Part shown: piece after piece, positions 47,311-58,544 of the stretch | Numbering within the stretch: the first letter of the stretch is position 1 | Layout of the letters: every line of letters starts with the position of its first letter | NCBI GenBank assembly: GCA_963775425.1 | Contig: CAVZJB010000004.1 | Span: 288,001 to 352,000, forward strand | Reading direction: 5' to 3' | Source: an uncultured delta proteobacterium | GTDB taxonomy: Bacteria; Myxococcota; UBA727; VGSZ01 | DNA length: 64,000 nt | The notes under the pieces: generated by a model | Database searches by the model: none | The model's input: only the letters and a program-made list of their open reading frames with translations | Told to the model about the DNA's origin: nothing | Made by a program: the position numbers and the translations under genes

Positions 47311-48549
47311 TCAGAGCGGCTCGACGGCCACGAGCTCGACGTGGGTGGACTTCTTCACCGTGAAGGGGACGTCGACGCCGTCGTTGCCGAAGGTGGTGCC
47401 GCAGCCGACGGGCACGGTCTCGCCGCGGAGCAGCTCCGACGTCGCGGAGGTGCCCGTGCGCATCACGGAGCACTTGGGCACGAGCACCTCCCAACGCACC
47501 GCGAGGGTCCATGTCGAGGTGAAGGGCATGCCGCGCGCCACCCGCGCCGGCGCGGCGTCCTTGTCGTCGAGCGCGAAGGCGCGCGCGATGGCGTCGACGG
47601 CGCCGTCGTCGATGCGCGGCTGGCCGCTCGGCGTGGTGACGTCGACGGCCTCGACGCTGCCGTCGGCGCGGTGCCGCAAGGTGACCTCGAGCCCGACGCT
47701 CTCCGCGAGGGCGTCCCTGTGCGTCTCGAGGGCGTCGAACAGGCGCTGTTTGCGCGCGGCGTCGCTCTCCCCCGGCGCCAACGGGTTTTGCATCATCTGC
47801 TCGATGGCGCTGCCGCGGTCGTCCGAGAACGACTGCGCGAGGGCCGAGCCCTCGCCGGCGATCTTCTTGTTGAGCGCGCCCCACAAAAGCGGGTTCGCCG
47901 CCGTGCGCAACATCAACTGATCCGCGCGCACCTCCTTGCCGCCGTCGTTGAGCTCGGCGTCCTGGGGGTGCCAGACGCGCTCGACCTCGGTGCGGCGCCG
48001 GCGGAACCAGTCATCGGCGAGGCCGCGCGCGACGTCGTGCGCCGACAGGTCGGCGACCAGGCGCTGCTTCGCGAGCATCGCTGCGCGCGCGGCGTCGGAC
48101 TGCGGGCCCGGCACGGTGGCCCCCGCGAGCGTCCCGAGCGACGGCTGGGGACCCTCGGACGCCCCGCGCACCACGCCGCGCATCCGGGCCTCGCCGTCGC
48201 TTCTGGGGCCGACCGGGGCGACGTCTCCCGGCGGTGAGCCCTCGTCCGGCCGCGGCTCCCCCGCGGGAGGCGCCGCCGCCGGCACCGGCGTCGCCGGCGG
48301 CTTCGTCGAAGCGCTCGTCGGAGCGGTCGGAGCCCTCGAGGGGACCCTCACGGGCGGACGCGGCGGGCGCTCGTCCAGGCGCTCCGCGGGCGCGACGCCC
48401 TCGTCGTGGGGATGGACGAGGGCCACCGCGATGCGCGAAGCCGGCACGGGGGCGGCCTCCGCGCCGGCGAGCGCCCGCAGGATCCACCACGACGCCGCGT
48501 GCAGCACCACCGCGAGCGCGAGCCCGACGAGGAGACGTCGCCGCCACAT
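47311..48549 (-). CDS. TonB-like protein (TM, Pro-rich linker, TonB C-terminal-like domain)
   Basis: ALAVVLHAA TM with His; Pro-rich stretch; ADGSVEAVDVTTPSGQPRIDDGAVDAI. Confidence 0.6.
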   Translation of the reverse strand: MWRRRLLVGLALAVVLHAASWWILRALAGAEAAPVPASRIAVALVHPHDEGVAPAERLDERPPRPPVRVPSRAPTAPTSASTKPPATPVPAAAPPAGEPRPDEGSPPGDVAPVGPRSDGEARMRGVVRGASEGPQPSLGTLAGATVPGPQSDAARAAMLAKQRLVADLSAHDVARGLADDWFRRRRTEVERVWHPQDAELNDGGKEVRADQLMLRTAANPLLWGALNKKIAGEGSALAQSFSDDRGSAIEQMMQNPLAPGESDAARKQRLFDALETHRDALAESVGLEVTLRHRADGSVEAVDVTTPSGQPRIDDGAVDAIARAFALDDKDAAPARVARGMPFTSTWTLAVRWEVLVPKCSVMRTGTSATSELLRGETVPVGCGTTFGNDGVDVPFTVKKSTHVELVAVEPL

Positions 48550-48637
48550 GCCCTTGCAGGATAGGCCGCGGGTCCCCCCATGACGAGGGCGACGGGAGGC
48601 GGACGGTGACGAGGCCGACGGGGACGAGGCCGACGGG

Positions 48638-50305
48638 TCAGGAGTTCGGCACGGGCTCGGCCGCCGCGGTCTGCTCCGCCGTGGCCGGCGAGGGCGCGCC
48701 GGCGACCACGTCGACGGCCGGCAGCGTGGTGCCGACCATGCCGGCGATGACGTCGACGGCCGGGACGTCGTCTGTGAGGGCCTCGACGCTGATGGGACCG
48801 ACCGTCACGACGCCCGGCCCCTTGGGCACCTCCCGCGGGGCGGCCTTTTTGGGCGCCGGGCGATCGTCGACGTCCTTGACGTCGAGGCGCTCCGCGTCGG
48901 CGAGGAGGATCCGCGGGCGCGAAGGCAGCGCCGGCGCCGGCATCCCCCGCGCCTCGGGCAAGAGCGAGTAGCGCGCCCCCGCCGGAGGAATCGGGATCTT
49001 CTGTCCGCGCTCGGGGACGTCGGCGGCGTCGAGGCCGACGGCGGCGGCGAGCACGGTGCCCGACAGGCCGTACTTCTTGGCGATGGTGGCGATGCTCTCG
49101 CGCCCCGTGGACTTGTGCACCGCGCGCACCGCGCGCATGCCCCGCAGCCGCTCCCGCTCGGGCAGCGCCGCGAGCTTCTGCATGATGCGCGCGGCGTGGC
49201 CGTGAGGCACGCGCAGCGAGATGCCGTGCGGCAGCGGCAGCCTCCCGTCGCGCGCCGCCACCGTCAGGGCGGGGTTCAGGAAGTCGAGCGTGGCGGCGTC
49301 GATCTCCCCGGTGGCGACGAGCTGCGAGGTGAACATCGGGAACGGCGCGCGAATGACGTCGAAGGTCCACGCGTGCTTACGCGGGAGCCCCTTGACGCGC
49401 GAGCTGGTGATGATGTCGTGGATGGCGAGGAAGCTCGCGTAGTAGTTGCGCGCGGCGAAGCCGAAGCGGCGGTTCTTGCTGACGGCGAGGATGACGCCGA
49501 AGTCCTTGGTGCCGGCGTCGCGCGCGAGCCCCTTCATGCCCGCGCGCCCGTAGTTGTAGGACGTGATGGCCAACGGCCACGTGCCGAGCTCCTTCTTCGC
49601 CTGCTTCAGGTACTTGCACGCAGCCTCGGTCGCGAGCACCGGATCCCAGCGCTCGTCGACGACGCTGTTGAGCTGCATGTACTCCTTGCCCGTATAGGAC
49701 ATGAACTGCCAGATGCCGGCGGCGCCGACCTTGGAGCGCGCGGAGACGTAAAAGAGGCTCTCGACGAACGCCACGCCGATGAGGTCCTCGGGCAAGCCGT
49801 TTTCGCGCAGCTCCTTCTTGATGGTGGGCTCGTACAGCCCCGAGCTCGCCCAGCCGGCGATGAAGCGCTCGCGCAACCCGTTCTGCACGCGGATGTGCGC
49901 GATGCGGTTGTACTTGTCGGCGCGCTTGACGTGCTCGAGGTTGTCGAACACCTCCTTTTCGACGCCCGACAGGCCCTTCGACGACTTGGGCTTGGCCTTG
50001 GCCAGCGCGCGCAGCGCCGCCTCCACCTCCGCCTGCGCCTTCTGGATCGCCTGGTGGCGCGTCTGCCCTGCCGCGTTGCGCGCGCCGCGCCCGGGCACGG
50101 TGATGACGCGATAGACGATGCCGAGGTCTTCGTCGTCGTGGAACGCGATGTTGTTGAGCGACCAGTCGATGTAGACCTTCTTCCAGAAGGCCACGTTGGG
50201 CTCGAGCGCCGCCACCCGCGGGAAGTCGGCCGCGCGCGCCTCCCTCGCCCCACCCAGGGACGCGGCGCAGATCGCGATCGCAACGGCGAGCACCGGAACA
50301 CGCAT
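48638..50305 (-). CDS. MltD-like lytic transglycosylase with LysM-like domain
   Basis: AFVESLF, SKVGAAGIWQFM, VDERWDP, WPLAITSYNYG, ESIATIAKKYG. Confidence 0.88.
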   Translation of the reverse strand: MRVPVLAVAIAICAASLGGAREARAADFPRVAALEPNVAFWKKVYIDWSLNNIAFHDDEDLGIVYRVITVPGRGARNAAGQTRHQAIQKAQAEVEAALRALAKAKPKSSKGLSGVEKEVFDNLEHVKRADKYNRIAHIRVQNGLRERFIAGWASSGLYEPTIKKELRENGLPEDLIGVAFVESLFYVSARSKVGAAGIWQFMSYTGKEYMQLNSVVDERWDPVLATEAACKYLKQAKKELGTWPLAITSYNYGRAGMKGLARDAGTKDFGVILAVSKNRRFGFAARNYYASFLAIHDIITSSRVKGLPRKHAWTFDVIRAPFPMFTSQLVATGEIDAATLDFLNPALTVAARDGRLPLPHGISLRVPHGHAARIMQKLAALPERERLRGMRAVRAVHKSTGRESIATIAKKYGLSGTVLAAAVGLDAADVPERGQKIPIPPAGARYSLLPEARGMPAPALPSRPRILLADAERLDVKDVDDRPAPKKAAPREVPKGPGVVTVGPISVEALTDDVPAVDVIAGMVGTTLPAVDVVAGAPSPATAEQTAAAEPVPNS

Positions 50306-50314
50306 GGCTTCAGC

Positions 50315-51952
50315 CTACGGCGCGCCGCCGGGAGATGGCTCGGACGAATGTGCGGGGCTCGCGTCGGAGACGGTCTCGCCCTCTTCGCCGCCGTCCTCTT
50401 CGTCCTCGGGGTGCCACTTGCCGTCGGAGGCGAGGGCGACCCCGATGGTGTTTTGGACCTTCCAGATGGGGCTCACGCCCTTCTTGAAGCCCATCGCCAG
50501 GATGGAGAAGGCGACCACGTCGCCGCTCGGCTGCACCACATAACCGGACAGGGCGCTCACGCCGTGGAGCGTACCCGTCTTGGCCCTCAGCCGTCTCTCC
50601 GCCGGGGTGTCCCGCATGCGGAAGCCGATGGTCCCCTGCGTGCCGGCCACCGCGAGCGACGAGGCGTACTCGGTGCCGGTCTCGAAGTCCCGTGACATGT
50701 ACCCGAGCAGCGTGACAATCTCCCGCGAGGTGAAGCGGTCGACGTCGTTGAGCCCGGAGCCGTTGTCGAACGTGTAGCTGCGGGGCTTGAAGCCGACCTT
50801 GGTCTCGAGGAAGCGGTGCGCGACCGCGAGGCCGTTTTCGAACGTGCCCGGCGTGCCCATCACCTCCGCGCCCATCGCCTTGATCAGGGTCTCCGCCATG
50901 ATGTTGTTGGAGTAGTGATTCATGTTCGCCACCACCTCGGTGAGCCGCGGCGAACGATCGACGAGGATCAGGCGCGCGCCGTCGGGGACGTGGCCCTCGA
51001 TGACGGAGTGGCGCATGTGCACCCCGCGTTGCTGCAGGAAGTACGTGAGGACGCTGCCGAAGTGCTTGAGCGGAGAGTAGACGCGCCGGTACATCCGGAA
51101 CGGGCTCTGGCGCATGCCCACGGTGCCCTCGACGGTGAGGGCGGTGATGTCCTTGCCGTCCTCGCTCTTGTCCTTCTGGGAGACCACGCGGACGCCGCGG
51201 CCGAAGCGATCGGTGATGACGTCGCCCTTGAGCACCACCTCCTCGCACGGCGGGTCGACGTGCACGATGGCGGGCGCGCCGAGCTCGGTGCCCGGGCGCA
51301 CGTAGATGGCGGTGGCGTTGTAGTTGACCTCGAGCGCGCTGACGGGCGCCGCGTACGCGCGATCGGGGGACTCCTCGAGCTCCCAGCCGCGCGCCTCTTC
51401 GTTGTCGTCGAAGTAGCTGCCGTCGACGATGACGCTGCCGGTGATGCGCTCGACGCCGAACAGGTAGAGCTCGTTGGCGACGCGCATGAGGCGCTCCGAC
51501 ACGATGCTCGGATCGCCGTAGCCCTTGACGACGAGGTTGCCGTGGAGCGTGCCGTCGCGCAGCACGCCCTGCACGTAGTACTCGGTCTTGAAGCGGAATT
51601 CGGGGTGGAGCGCGTCGAGCGCCGCGGCGGACGTGATGAGCTTGGCGTTGGACGCGGGGTTCACGAGCGTGTCGCCGCCGTGCTCCGCGAGCACCTTGCC
51701 GTCCTTCAAGCGCTGCGCCACGAAGCTGAGGTCGGCGCCGTCGAGCGCGGCGTCGTTGATGGCGGTGACGAGCTGTTCCTTCAGGTGCGCGTCGAGGCCG
51801 GCCGTGGTGGTGAGCACGCGCGGCGCCGGCCGCTGCTCCGGCTCCTCCACCTTGGCGGCGCGCACGTCGCTCCTGGCGGCCCGGTGGGGGCCGGCGAGGG
51901 CCGGCGTCGCGAGCACGAGCGCGACGGAAATGACTCGAGAGAGGTTCGCCAC
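50315..51952 (-). CDS. dacB: D-Ala-D-Ala carboxypeptidase/endopeptidase PBP4
   Basis: PASNAKL, GDPS, SNN, GSGL, AKTGTL; GTG start with SD GGAGGAG. Confidence 0.92.
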   Translation of the reverse strand: MANLSRVISVALVLATPALAGPHRAARSDVRAAKVEEPEQRPAPRVLTTTAGLDAHLKEQLVTAINDAALDGADLSFVAQRLKDGKVLAEHGGDTLVNPASNAKLITSAAALDALHPEFRFKTEYYVQGVLRDGTLHGNLVVKGYGDPSIVSERLMRVANELYLFGVERITGSVIVDGSYFDDNEEARGWELEESPDRAYAAPVSALEVNYNATAIYVRPGTELGAPAIVHVDPPCEEVVLKGDVITDRFGRGVRVVSQKDKSEDGKDITALTVEGTVGMRQSPFRMYRRVYSPLKHFGSVLTYFLQQRGVHMRHSVIEGHVPDGARLILVDRSPRLTEVVANMNHYSNNIMAETLIKAMGAEVMGTPGTFENGLAVAHRFLETKVGFKPRSYTFDNGSGLNDVDRFTSREIVTLLGYMSRDFETGTEYASSLAVAGTQGTIGFRMRDTPAERRLRAKTGTLHGVSALSGYVVQPSGDVVAFSILAMGFKKGVSPIWKVQNTIGVALASDGKWHPEDEEDGGEEGETVSDASPAHSSEPSPGGAP

Positions 51953-52025
51953 CGCTTCGACTCCTCCTGCAATCAACTGCCGCGCGGCCGCCGCGCGCAC
52001 ATCGGGCCAGGACTGCATGTTATCG

Positions 52026-53573
52026 ATGAACCGCTTGCGCGCGTCGACTTTGAGCATTGGTGTCGCACTCCTACACGCAACCACTCTGATGTTGTGTGCA
52101 TGTACGCGACCTCTCCCACCGAAGGACACCTTGCGCCTCGCGGTGTCGAGCGCCCCGGAGGCGCTCGACCCACGCTTCACGACGTCGGCGGTGGCGACAC
52201 GTCTGGCCGCGCTCGTCGCCGCGCCGCTGTTCGTCATCGGCGACGACCTGCGGCCCACGCCGCTGCTCGCCGCCTCCGCGGATCACCCGGACCCGCTCAC
52301 ATGGATCGTAAAGCTCAAGCCGGGCGCGCGATTCCACGACGGAGCGCCGCTCACCGCGCGCGACGTCGTGTGGACGTTTTCGTCGATGAAGGATCCGGCC
52401 GTCGGCTCCCCCCACGCCGCCAAGCTCCAGCACGTGACCGGCGTGGTGGCCGAGGACGAGCTCACGGTCCGTTTCGTCCTCGACGCACCGTACCCGCCGC
52501 TCCTGGTCGATATGAACGCGTACGGAATCCTCGAGGAGCGCGCGTGCGCGCGCGCCCCGGACGCCTGCCGCGACGCCCCGATGGGCGCGGGGCCGTACGC
52601 GGTGTCCCGCGCGCTCGACGAAAACGAGACGCTCGTCCTCGCCGCGGACCCGGGCTGGATCGAGGGCGCGCCCGCCATCGGCGCCGTCGAGGTGCGCGTG
52701 CTGCGCGACAACACCACGCGCCTGCTCGAGCTGCAGGACGCACGCATCGACCTCGTGGTCTCCGATCTGCTGCCCACCGACATTGACGTGCTCCAGGAGA
52801 CCCCCGGGATCGCCGTCGACCGCGCCCGCGGGCTCGGCTTTTCGTACCTCGCGTTCAACGTGCGCCCGGCCGCCGCCGGCCGGCCCGCTCCGCTCGCGGA
52901 CCCCGGGGTGCGGCGCGCGCTCGCCGAGGCCCTCGACGTCGACCGGGTCATCCGCACCAAGCTGCGCGGCCGCGCCGTCCGCGCGACGGGCCTCCTGCCC
53001 GACGGACACTGGGCGAAGGACCCGGCGGCGCAGCCCGTCCCGTTCGATCCCGAGGGCGCGCGCAAGGCGCTCGCCGGCCGGCACCTGCACGTGACGCTCG
53101 CGACGAGCACGGATTGGCTGCGCGCGAGCATCGCGCAGATCTTCGCGGCGCAGTGGCGAGACGCCGGCGTCGACGTCGACATCGAGGTGCGCGACTGGTC
53201 GGCGCTGTATCAGGACATCCAGAAGGGCGCCTTCGACGCGTTCTCGGCCAAGTGGGTGCCCGTGCTCGAGCCGGACCTGATGCACTGGGTCTACGCGTCC
53301 GCCAGCATCCCCCGACCCGGGCGCGCCGGCGGCAACCGCGGCGGCTACGCCGACGCCGACGTCGACGGCTGGCTCGACGCCGCCGAGACCGCCGACGACC
53401 CCGCGGCGCGCGCGGCGCTCTACGTGCAGGCGCAGCGGCGCGTGGCGCGCGACCTCCCGGTGGTGCCGCTGTGGTTCGAGGACGAGGTGGCGGCGCGCTC
53501 CACGCGCCTGCACGACTTCCGCCTCACGCGCACCGTGTCGCTCCTGCCGCTGGCGCAGGCGAGGCTCGAGTGA
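52026..53573 (+). CDS. Peptide/nickel ABC substrate-binding lipoprotein (family 5)
   Basis: LDPR, FHDGAPLTARDV, GAGPY, VRRALA, DLPVVPL; lipobox-like LCAC. Confidence 0.88.
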   Translation: MNRLRASTLSIGVALLHATTLMLCACTRPLPPKDTLRLAVSSAPEALDPRFTTSAVATRLAALVAAPLFVIGDDLRPTPLLAASADHPDPLTWIVKLKPGARFHDGAPLTARDVVWTFSSMKDPAVGSPHAAKLQHVTGVVAEDELTVRFVLDAPYPPLLVDMNAYGILEERACARAPDACRDAPMGAGPYAVSRALDENETLVLAADPGWIEGAPAIGAVEVRVLRDNTTRLLELQDARIDLVVSDLLPTDIDVLQETPGIAVDRARGLGFSYLAFNVRPAAAGRPAPLADPGVRRALAEALDVDRVIRTKLRGRAVRATGLLPDGHWAKDPAAQPVPFDPEGARKALAGRHLHVTLATSTDWLRASIAQIFAAQWRDAGVDVDIEVRDWSALYQDIQKGAFDAFSAKWVPVLEPDLMHWVYASASIPRPGRAGGNRGGYADADVDGWLDAAETADDPAARAALYVQAQRRVARDLPVVPLWFEDEVAARSTRLHDFRLTRTVSLLPLAQARLE

Positions 53574-53607
53574 CCCCGGGCGGCCCATCCGCCGGCGAGG
53601 CATCGAG

Positions 53608-54663
53608 GTGATCGACGTCGTCACGATCGCGGTGGTCGCCGGCGTCATCACCGCCTCGGCGTTCGCGGGCGATCGCACCCTGCCCCGGCGCGCGCTCGCC
53701 GTGCTCGCGGTGATGCTCGGCACGATGGTGCTCGTGAGCGCGCTGCTCCGGGCCGTCCCCGGCGATCCCGTCGAGAGCATCCTCGGCGAGCAGGCGCCGC
53801 CGGAGTCCCGCGCGGCGCTCGCCCGCGAGCTCGGACTCGTCGACGGCGACGGCGAGCCGGTGGGGCTCGTCGCACAGGTGGGCGGCTTCGTGCGCGGCGC
53901 CGCCAGCTCCTTCGTCCTCGCGGTGACGCCGCCGGGCTGGCGCGACGGCGTCGGCGCGCACCTGGCACCCGAGCCGCGCTCCTTTCGCACCCGGCGACCG
54001 GTGCGCGAGGTGATCGCCGCGCGCCTCGGCAACACGGTCAAGCTCGCCGCCGCCGCGCTCGTCGTCGCGCTCGCGTGCGGCATCGGCCTCGGCACGCTCG
54101 CCGCCTGGCGACGCGGGCGCGTCATCGGCTCGCTCGCCGAGGCGTTCGCCCTCGCCGGCGTCGCCGTGCCGCGCTTCTGGCTCGCGCCGCTCCTCATCCT
54201 CGTGTTCTCGCTCAAGCTGCGCCTCGTGCCGCCGAGCGGCGCCGACGAGGGCCTGCGCTCGCTGGTGCTCCCCGCCCTCTCCCTCGGCACGGCCATGGCC
54301 GCGTTGCTCGCGCGCATGACGCGCAGCTCCCTCCTCGAGACGCTCTCCGCCGATCACGTTCGCACCGCGCGCGCCAAGGGGCTCAGCGAGGCCGCCGTCG
54401 TCGGAAAGCACGCGCTGCGCAGCGCCATGGTCCCCGTGGTCACCGTCATCGGCCTGCAGATGGGCGGCCTCCTCGCCGGCGCCGTGATCACGGAGAAGGT
54501 CTTCGCGTGGCCGGGCATCGGGCTCTTGATGATCGAGAGCATCCACAAGCTCGACGTGCCCGTGGTGCAAGGCGTCGTCCTCGTCACCGCCTGCGGCACC
54601 GCCGTCGCCACGCTCGCCGCCGACGCCGCCGTGCGCCTGCTCGATCCGCGCTTGCGCGCCTGA
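53608..54663 (+). CDS. Peptide ABC permease (DppB-like)
   Basis: VPGDP, RTARAKGL, GAVITEKVFAWPGIG, LDPR. Confidence 0.88.
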   Translation: MIDVVTIAVVAGVITASAFAGDRTLPRRALAVLAVMLGTMVLVSALLRAVPGDPVESILGEQAPPESRAALARELGLVDGDGEPVGLVAQVGGFVRGAASSFVLAVTPPGWRDGVGAHLAPEPRSFRTRRPVREVIAARLGNTVKLAAAALVVALACGIGLGTLAAWRRGRVIGSLAEAFALAGVAVPRFWLAPLLILVFSLKLRLVPPSGADEGLRSLVLPALSLGTAMAALLARMTRSSLLETLSADHVRTARAKGLSEAAVVGKHALRSAMVPVVTVIGLQMGGLLAGAVITEKVFAWPGIGLLMIESIHKLDVPVVQGVVLVTACGTAVATLAADAAVRLLDPRLRA

Positions 54664-54714
54664 GGCCGGCCCGCCGCCGACACGCGGCCGGCGCTCGATG
54701 ATATCGACGTCCTC

Positions 54715-55547
54715 GTGCCCCTCGCGCGCCGCCCCCGCATCCGCACCGTGCTCGCGCTCGCCTGCGTCGCCGCCGCCGTCCTCGTCGCCATCTTCGGGCC
54801 GGCGATCGTCGGACCCGCGGGGCTCGGGCTCGATCTCGAGCACGACCTCGCGCCGCCGTCCGTCGTCGGACGCCTCGGCCGCGCGGACAACGGCGTCGAT
54901 CTGTTGACCGTGCTCGTCTACGGCGCGCGCACGTCGCTGGCGGTGTCGGTGACGGCCACCGCGGTGTCGCTGTTCATCGGCGTCGTCGTCGGCGGCGCCG
55001 CCGCCGTCGCGGGCGGCCGGACCGAGGCGCTGATCGTCCGCGTGCTCGACGTGCTGCTCGCGTTCCCCGGCATCCTCCTCGCCGTGTACCTCGCGGCGGT
55101 GCTGCCGCCGTCGCCGGTCACCGTCGTCGTCGCGCTGTCGGCCACGGGCTGGGTCGGCTTCGCGCGCGTGGCCCGGACGTCGGTGCAGGCGGTGCTCGCC
55201 CGCGAGCACGTGACGGCCGCGCGCGCGCTCGGCGCGGGGCCGTCGCGCGTGCTCGTGCGCCACGTGCTGCCGCTGGCCGTGACGCCCGTGCTCGTGCAGG
55301 CGAGCTTCGGCCTGTCGACGGCCGTGCTCGCCGAGGCGTCGCTGTCGTTCCTCGGCCTCGGGGCGCCGCCGGGCACGCCCTCATGGGGCGCGCTCCTCGA
55401 TCAAGGCGTGGCGTACCTGGCGGTGGCGCCCCACATCGCCGTCGCGCCGGGAATGTGCATCGCGGCGCTGGTGCTGTCGTTCAACGTGCTCGGCGACTCC
55501 TTGTGCGACACGCTCGATGTAACCTCGACCGCGAAGGACAGGGCACC

Positions 55548-55551
<4 letters not shown>
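54715..55551 (+). CDS. Peptide ABC permease (DppC-like)
   Basis: YGARTSL, LAFPGILL, ARALGA, EASLSFLGLG..PSWG. Confidence 0.88.
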
Positions 55552-56693
<1,142 letters not shown>

Positions 56694-56768
56694 CGGGCGC
56701 GCACAGGCCGGCGCCGACAACGACGCACAGCTTTGTGCGCCCATGGGAGTTCGGGTTAGCGTGCCCGC

Positions 56769-57488
56769 ATGGACGACAAGGTGCGCGAAGCGCTCGCCAC
56801 GGGGCGCGAGCTCTACCGGCAGAAAGAGTACGTGCGCGCGGAGCCGTATCTCGCGCAGGTCGCGGCGGCGAGCGTGCCCTACGCCGACGTCTACAACATG
56901 CTCGGCGTCGTCTACCACGACGTCGGGCAGTTCTCGCGCGCGCAGCAGTGCTTCGAAGAGGCGCTCAAGATCAACCCCGCCTACACCGAGGCCTCGCTGA
57001 ACCTCGCCGTCACCTACAACGACATGGGCCGCTACGCCGAGGCCAAGGACCTCTACCTCGGCGCGCTCACCTCATCGACGCGTCCGGGCGGCAAGCTCGA
57101 CAGCTTCGTCATGGGCAAGCTCGCCAACATGTACGCCGACATCGCCGAGGTCTACGCGTCCTCGGGCGCCTTCGACGAGGCGATCGCGGAGTACCGGCGC
57201 GCCCTCGCCCTGCGGCCCACGTTCATCGACATCCGGCTCCGGCTGGCGGAGTCGCTCCGCGACGCGGGACGGCCGCAGGACGCGCTGCGGGAGCTCAAGG
57301 CCATCCTCGCGCAGAGCCCCGACTTCATGCCGGCCCGCATCCACCACGGCCTCACGCTGTTCTCCACGGGGGACAGCCCGGGGGCCATCAAGGAGCTCGA
57401 GGCCATCCTCACCGACCACCCCGACAATTCCCGCGCCAAGCTGTACGTGGAGATGATCAAGCAGCACGCCGCGCGGACGAAAACTTGA
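56769..57488 (+). CDS. TPR protein
   Basis: YADVYNMLGVVY..ALKINPAYTEASLNLA; AIAEYRRALALRP. Confidence 0.88.
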   Translation: MDDKVREALATGRELYRQKEYVRAEPYLAQVAAASVPYADVYNMLGVVYHDVGQFSRAQQCFEEALKINPAYTEASLNLAVTYNDMGRYAEAKDLYLGALTSSTRPGGKLDSFVMGKLANMYADIAEVYASSGAFDEAIAEYRRALALRPTFIDIRLRLAESLRDAGRPQDALRELKAILAQSPDFMPARIHHGLTLFSTGDSPGAIKELEAILTDHPDNSRAKLYVEMIKQHAARTKT

Positions 57489-57521
57489 TGCCGACATGCA
57501 AGGTTGCGGAGACTTTCCCTC

Positions 57522-58454
57522 GTGAGTGATCAGCCGAGCGGCTTTGCGCTGCGCTTCATCTCCGGCAAGTACCAGGGCGGCGAGTACCCCTTGCCGGGGG
57601 AGAAGGAGATCGTCATCGGTCGCGGCGGCGAGCTCGACATCGTCCTGGTCGAGGACATGGTCTCGAGGAAGCACGCCAAGATCAACACGCAGGGCGGCAA
57701 GATCGTCATCCAGGACCTCGGCAGCACCAACGGCACCTTCGTCAACGGCGAGAAGATCAAGCGGGCCCGGTTGAAGGAGGGCGACCGCGTCCTCATCGGG
57801 ACCAGCATCCTCAAGCTCATCTCGGCGGCGGAGGCGAAAAACCAGCTCTCCGGGACGCGCGAGCAGGTGAACGCGACGCTCGAGGCCATCGGGCGCTCGG
57901 GCGCGGGCAAGACCGACGTCACCAAGGGCGAGATCGCGGACCTGCCCCTGCCCGACGTCCTCACCCTCATCTCGTCGAACAAGAAGTCCGGCGTCCTCGA
58001 GGTGCGCGGCGACTCCGACGAGGGCCGCGTCTACTTCAAGGGCGGCCGCATCTTCTACGCCATCCTCAACGACAACGAGGACCTCGGGCCCACCAAGGCG
58101 CTGTTCCGGATGGCCGCCTTCGAGATCGGCAGCTACGAGCTCAAGCCCGCCACGGAAGAAGAGTTCATGCTCGAGCTGGAGGTGCCCACCGACCAGCTCG
58201 TCGCCGACGCCGTGCGCGAGATGAACGAGCTGCGGGCGCTGCAGCCGGAGCTGCCGGAGCTCGAGGACATGCTCATGCTGCCGAAGCCTTTGAAGCCGCC
58301 GCTGTCGAAGCTGCAGACCGACGAGCTCGAGGTCCTGCAGATCGCCATCAACGACGGCTTCTTCCAGGCCATCCTCGACAAGAGCCCCTTCAACGACCTG
58401 AAGACCGCGCAGATCGTGAAGACGCTCATGGATCGCGAATACCTGCGCTCGTGA
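57522..58454 (+). CDS. FHA plus DUF4388 domain protein
   Basis: IGR, VSRKHA, DLGSTNGTFVNG; LPDVL..KSGVL..GRVYFKGG. Confidence 0.88.
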   Translation: MSDQPSGFALRFISGKYQGGEYPLPGEKEIVIGRGGELDIVLVEDMVSRKHAKINTQGGKIVIQDLGSTNGTFVNGEKIKRARLKEGDRVLIGTSILKLISAAEAKNQLSGTREQVNATLEAIGRSGAGKTDVTKGEIADLPLPDVLTLISSNKKSGVLEVRGDSDEGRVYFKGGRIFYAILNDNEDLGPTKALFRMAAFEIGSYELKPATEEEFMLELEVPTDQLVADAVREMNELRALQPELPELEDMLMLPKPLKPPLSKLQTDELEVLQIAINDGFFQAILDKSPFNDLKTAQIVKTLMDREYLRS

Positions 58455-58544
58455 GCGCTCTGATCGCCGGTCCCCGATGGTAGGTGCATGTAGGGCCCGA
58501 AGTCTGGCGACGTCGATTCCGGGCCCCTATGATCGCGGCTGCCG

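Noticed and set aside
48581-48637. Two to three copies of GACGAGGCCGACGGG after the mltD-like stop
   Set aside because: Short low-complexity duplication with no evident function
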